From IMG/VR virus record IMGVR_UViG_3300008107_000053: 37,497 nt of DNA. One strand, 5' to 3'. A program made the position numbers and the translations under genes. The notes below the pieces were generated by a model. The model ran no database searches, had not been told where the DNA came from, and saw nothing but the letters and a program-made list of their open reading frames with translations. Within the stretch, counting starts at the first letter, position 1. Every line of letters starts with the position of its first letter. Of the stretch, positions 33,368-37,497 are shown piece after piece. Source of the stretch: a virus. Lineage: Duplodnaviria; Heunggongvirae; Uroviricota; Caudoviricetes.

Positions 33368-33759
33368 TGGCTACTAAACAAGCAATATTTTCAGATTTAG
33401 ATCTAAACTTCACGAGACATCCAATAACAGATGATGTCTCGAGAAAAACCGATGCCGCAGCAGTTAATCAGTCACTTAGAAATTTAATTCTTACTGCTAA
33501 TTATGAAAGACCGTTTAATAGTAATATTGGTTCTCCAATACGTGCTCTGATGTTCGAGCCATATTCACCTATGCTTAGAGTATTACTTAAGACTGTCGTT
33601 GAGCAAACTGTTGAAAACTTTGAACCAAGAATTTCTTTGCAGGATGTTATCATCTCCCCAAATGAAAGTAATAATTCCTTAGAGATAAACATCTATTACT
33701 ACATACTTAACTCAACGAGTCTACAGTCATTCCAGATGACACTAGAAAGAACACGATAA
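33367..33759 (+). CDS. gp25: baseplate wedge subunit
   Basis: FSDLDLNF..HP, ERPF..IGS, FEPRI. Confidence 0.93.
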   Translation: MATKQAIFSDLDLNFTRHPITDDVSRKTDAAAVNQSLRNLILTANYERPFNSNIGSPIRALMFEPYSPMLRVLLKTVVEQTVENFEPRISLQDVIISPNESNNSLEINIYYYILNSTSLQSFQMTLERTR

Positions 33760-35591
33760 TGGCAGAAACAAATAAAAAGATTAAGGTAGATGAATTAAGC
33801 TACGATGGTATAAGAACTAACCTTAAGAGTTTCTTGAGTGCTCAAGAAACATTCAAAGATTATAATTTTGACGGTTCTGGTCTTTCTGTTTTGGTTGATC
33901 TGTTAGCATATAACACGCATTACAATGCATTATATACTAACATGGCATTGAATGAGATGTTTTTAGATTCTGCCAGCAAAAGAGAAAGTATTCTATCAAT
34001 AGCTAAAATGCTAGGATATACTCCACGTTCTGCACGCAGTTCAAAGGCAAATGTTACATTGACAGTTTCTGGTTTAGTACTAGATCCGCAATTAGCAACA
34101 TTGCCAGCAAGAAGTGTATTTACAGCAAACGCAACTGATGGAAGTAGTTATTACTTTTCAAATAAAGACGAAATGACTGTACCATTGTCAAATGGTGTTT
34201 ATACATTTGATAGTTTTGACATTATGGAAGGTATATACCAAACTGAACAATACGTATATCAAGTCGGTACGAAATTCATCTTAAATAATTCGCCATGTGA
34301 TACATCTTCATTAGAAGTTTATGTTCACCCATCAATAGCTTCAGCTGAATCTTCTTTATATTCTCTGGCTGACGATGTTATTGCATTAACACCTGAGAGT
34401 AATGTATACTTCATAAAAGAAATTGAGGACGGAAATTACCAAATTGAATTTGGTGATGGTATTGTAGGTAAAGCATTAAGTGTTGGTAATTATGTGCGTA
34501 TTGTTTATAGAACATCTTCTGGTACTGATGCCAATGGTTCCAAGACATTTAAATTAGATGGTTCACTATTCTCTAATGGTACAGTAACTTTAACTACTAA
34601 TAGTATTGCTATGGGTGGTGAGGATGCAGAAGAATTACCTAGCATTAAATTTAATGCCCCTCGTCATTTTTCTACTCAGAATAGAGCAGTTACAGAAACT
34701 GATTATAAAAATCTTATCTTTAAGAATTTCGGTAACGTTAAATCTATACAAGTCTGGGGTGGAGAAGATAATGTACCACAACAGTATGGTAAAGTTTTTA
34801 TCTCAATCCAACCAAAGACTAAAGATTATCTAAATGACAATGAAAAAGATTTCATCAAGAATGTTATACTAAAGCCAAAGTCTATAGTAACAACATTTGC
34901 TGAGATTGTAGATCCAATATATTTGAACATTATACTTGAATCAACCGTTTATTATAATCCAAAATCTACTTCTAAGTCAGCATCTTCTATAAGTGGTTAT
35001 GTAGCAGAGGTTCTTAATAATTATAGCGAAACTGAGCTGATGAAGTTTGATAGTGTTTTCAGACACTCAAAGGTTGTTCGTTTGATAGATTCTGCAGATC
35101 AGTCTATACAAAATAACGTAACTAACGTTTCATTATCTAGAGAGCTGTATCCTAAATTTAATATAACAGCGCAATATAAAGTAGATATTGGTAATCCTAT
35201 TTACTATACTGGTGAAAAAGAATCTGCGTTTGTTTCTACTGGGTTTTATATCCAAGGTAGTGACTTAGTTCACTATCTGAAAGACAATGGCGATGGAATA
35301 GTTTACATGTATTATATTAGTTCTGGCGAAGAAATTATCGTAAAGTCTAATATAGGTACAGTTGACTATACCAAAGGCATAGTTTCTATAGAAGGGTTAA
35401 ATATAATAGCACTTGCTTCAGATAATTTTATGTTTTACTTTAAGCCATCTTCTTATGACGTTGTTGCGCTAAGAGATCAAGTTATTCGAATTCAACAAAG
35501 TGAGACGAAAATTATAACTGTTATCGATCCTATCTCTTCAGGTAGTGCTCGTGGTGGCTCTGCGTACGTATTTACTCCAAATAGAAAATGA
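33759..35591 (+). CDS. gp6: baseplate wedge subunit
   Basis: DYNFDGSGL, LAYNTHYN, EMFLDSA, LGYTPRS, FGDG, QNRAVTETDY, WGGEDN, YGKVFISI. Confidence 0.95.
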   Translation: MAETNKKIKVDELSYDGIRTNLKSFLSAQETFKDYNFDGSGLSVLVDLLAYNTHYNALYTNMALNEMFLDSASKRESILSIAKMLGYTPRSARSSKANVTLTVSGLVLDPQLATLPARSVFTANATDGSSYYFSNKDEMTVPLSNGVYTFDSFDIMEGIYQTEQYVYQVGTKFILNNSPCDTSSLEVYVHPSIASAESSLYSLADDVIALTPESNVYFIKEIEDGNYQIEFGDGIVGKALSVGNYVRIVYRTSSGTDANGSKTFKLDGSLFSNGTVTLTTNSIAMGGEDAEELPSIKFNAPRHFSTQNRAVTETDYKNLIFKNFGNVKSIQVWGGEDNVPQQYGKVFISIQPKTKDYLNDNEKDFIKNVILKPKSIVTTFAEIVDPIYLNIILESTVYYNPKSTSKSASSISGYVAEVLNNYSETELMKFDSVFRHSKVVRLIDSADQSIQNNVTNVSLSRELYPKFNITAQYKVDIGNPIYYTGEKESAFVSTGFYIQGSDLVHYLKDNGDGIVYMYYISSGEEIIVKSNIGTVDYTKGIVSIEGLNIIALASDNFMFYFKPSSYDVVALRDQVIRIQQSETKIITVIDPISSGSARGGSAYVFTPNRK

Positions 35592-37497
35592 TAAAGAATA
35601 AATTATCAGATCTTATCTCTACACAACTCCCTGATCATATCAGGGAGAGTTATCCAACATTTGTAGAATTCCTTAAAGCATACTATAAGTTTTTAGAAGA
35701 TGAACAAAAAGTTTATAGAAACTTAGAGAGTATTAGAGATGTTGATGATGATATACATAAAAGTTTAGATGTTTTTATAGATCGTCTAAAGAAAGAATTC
35801 GCAGTCGATTTTCCAGAATTTTCTAAAACTCCTCAGTTTTTAAAAAATACACCACACATTTCTGTTGCTCATGGAAGTGAAGAATCTTATAAATTTCTTT
35901 TTAGACAGATGTTCCAAAAAGAAGTTGATATTCGTTATCCAAGAGAACAACTATTAACTATCTCAGATTCTAAGTGGGTTCAAGATTTTTCCATTTTCGT
36001 CAAGCTAACTTCTGGTGATATAGCATCATTACAGAATAGTACAGTATTCTTAAACACTAAAGTTAATGGTATTTCAACTAAAAATAGAATCTATGTTAAA
36101 CGTGTAGAAAGTTCTTTAACATCTGAGTCCATCTATGAATTGTTTATCAATAAAGACGTTTATGGTAAAGTATTATTCGGCGATACCATAAATCAAGATG
36201 GTGTAGTTGCAAGCGTAGTAAATACTACAACTTCTATAAAAATTAAAAAAGCAGGGTTTGGTTTTAAAGTTGGTCAAGTTTTTAATATAGAATCAGATGT
36301 TGGTACTGGGTTAACTTTCAAAGTGACTGAAGTTACTGCCCTTGGTGGTATAAAAAGCACGCAGATTATAAATTATGGTATAAATTATAAGTCTACATTT
36401 TCCTTTGATTTGCCATCTACGTTTTTTGTAAATGACGTAGTAGAAACTACATTGGGCACACCAATAAAAATAAATGCATACTCTTCAGTACAACGTTACA
36501 TAGATTCTGGTATAGTATCAAAACAAAATTACTACACCAGCGATTACAGTACTGATTATGTTGGTGAAGTTATGACTTCCTTCAATTCGGTCACTGTGGC
36601 TGAAGAGATAACAGCAAACTCTGCGCAGTTAGAAGTTGTATTAGGAACTGTGGCAAAGTATCAAGGATACTACGAAAATTCAACAGGTTTAGTATCATCT
36701 CCAGATAGCGTTATTCAAGATAACAATTACTATCAAAAATACTCATATGTACTACGTATAGATGAAGCATTATCATCATACAGAGAAACTGTTATTTCTC
36801 TGTTGCATCCTATTGGAAGAAAGCTATTTGCTGAGTATGTTGTAGATAATATATTTGAATTGAACTACGAAGTCGTAGAACCAGTATTTAGAATTTTACT
36901 GCCGTTATTTGCAGGTGTTCCTACTGTTGTTAATATGTTGAGTGAGTTGAGTATGGTGATAGCCAAGCCCATATCTTCAGTTCAATTGGTTGAAGCAGAT
37001 TCTTTATACTTATTCCAAAAGCCTACTACTACAGTATTAACATCGTTTGATGATCCTACTTTACTAGATGTAATATCAGGTGCAGTAAAGGGTTCTGTTA
37101 AAACTTACCTATTTGATTCTGCTAAAGGATCTAGCGTTACTCCAGAATCTGATGAATATTGGTTATTTGAACAATCACTTTCATCATCTACTCCTCCTAC
37201 TACAGAGATAGTATTTTTAGTAGCAAAGGATTCTCAATCTGAGCAAGTTGTATCTTCTTCTAGCGTTTACTTATTTGATTCTCCTAAAGAATCTATTTTA
37301 AGTACTCCAGGATCTGACGACTATTGGTTGTTTGATTCTGCTAAAGGATCTAGCGTTACTCCAGAATCTGATGAATATTGGTTATTTGAACAATCACTGA
37401 GTTCATCCACTCCTCCTACTACACAGTTAGTGTTTTTAGCAGAAAATGTGCTAGAGTCATCGCAGAGTTTATCTTCTTCTAACGTTTACTTATTTGA
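35588..37497 (+). CDS. gp7: baseplate wedge initiator (gp7-like), truncated by the window end (not in ORF track)
   Basis: Most of the frame hand-translated without a stop; ATGA overlap with gp6; QLPDHIRESYPTFVEFLKAYY, IQDNNYYQKYSY, LHPIG. Confidence 0.85.
   Translation, partial: MIKNKLSDLISTQLPDHIRESYPTFVEFLKAYYKFLEDEQKVYRNLESIRDVDDDIHKSLDVFIDRLKKEFAVDFPEFSKTPQFLKNTPHISVAHGSEESYKFLFRQMFQKEVDIRYPREQLLTISDSKWVQDFSIFVKLTSGDIASLQNSTVFLNTKVNGISTKNRIYVKRVESSLTSESIYELFINKDVYGKVLFGDTINQDGVVASVVNTTTSIKIKKAGFGFKVGQVFNIESDVGTGLTFKVTEVTALGGIKSTQIINYGINYKSTFSFDLPSTFFVNDVVETTLGTPIKINAYSSVQRYIDSGIVSKQNYYTSDYSTDYVGEVMTSFNSVTVAEEITANSAQLEVVLGTVAKYQGYYENSTGLVSSPDSVIQDNNYYQKYSYVLRIDEALSSYRETVISLLHPIGRKLFAEYVVDNIFELNYEVVEPVFRILLPLFAGVPTVVNMLSELSMVIAKPISSVQLVEADSLYLFQKPTTTVLTSFDDPTLLDVISGAVKGSVKTYLFDSAKGSSVTPESDEYWLFEQSLSSSTPPTTEIVFLVAKDSQSEQVVSSSSVYLFDSPKESILSTPGSDDYWLFDSAKGSSVTPESDEYWLFEQSLSSSTPPTTQLVFLAENVLESSQSLSSSNVYLF
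37112..37398 (+). repeat. 68-nt exact direct repeat (37112-37179 and 37331-37398) inside an in-frame protein repeat array
   Basis: Offset of 219 nt = 73 codons; encodes FDSAKGSSVTPESDEYWLFEQSL twice. Confidence 0.9.

Noticed and set aside
29338-35591. T6SS or extracellular contractile injection system (VgrG, PAAR, gp25)
   Set aside because: Embedded with gp2, gp4, gp16, gp32, gp33 and gp59, so this is a T4-like phage baseplate.
37112-37398. CRISPR array
   Set aside because: Only two 68-nt copies, offset by a multiple of 3 within an open frame; the intervening sequence is itself degenerate repeat; no cas genes.

Overview
This window is a segment of a T4-like (large myovirus-type) phage genome. 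The host is probably a beta/gamma-proteobacterium, inferred from the tmRNA tag ANDSVYALAA. Layout: (i) 205-7100, small early/accessory ORFs, including four paralogous 'EKFAELIVREC' mini-genes, nucleotide hydrolases, a DenV-like glycosylase and a glycosyltransferase; (ii) 7126-8768, FmdB-like, PhoH and a GH19 endolysin; (iii) 8774-13810, an AT-rich accessory cassette coupling a tail-adhesin-like gene to a cupin, a desaturase, an asparagine-synthetase-like ATPase, a GNAT and two 2OG-Fe(II)-like oxygenases; (iv) an exonuclease, a circularly permuted two-piece tmRNA with an ORF in its intervening segment, a SleB-like hydrolase and ClpP; (v) gp33, gp59, gp32; (vi) a leftward block (tape measure-like, gp51, gp26, gp16, 3TM holin, gp54-like, gp2, gp4); (vii) a rightward baseplate block (gp48, gp53, hub, gp5, PAAR, gp25, gp6, gp7, truncated by the window end). 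Strongest leads: the permuted phage tmRNA with an internal ORF, a candidate programmed -1 frameshift fusing gp26 to gp51 ahead of the tape measure gene, and the adhesin-plus-tailoring-enzyme cassette. All product calls come from motif recognition by eye; no database search was run.
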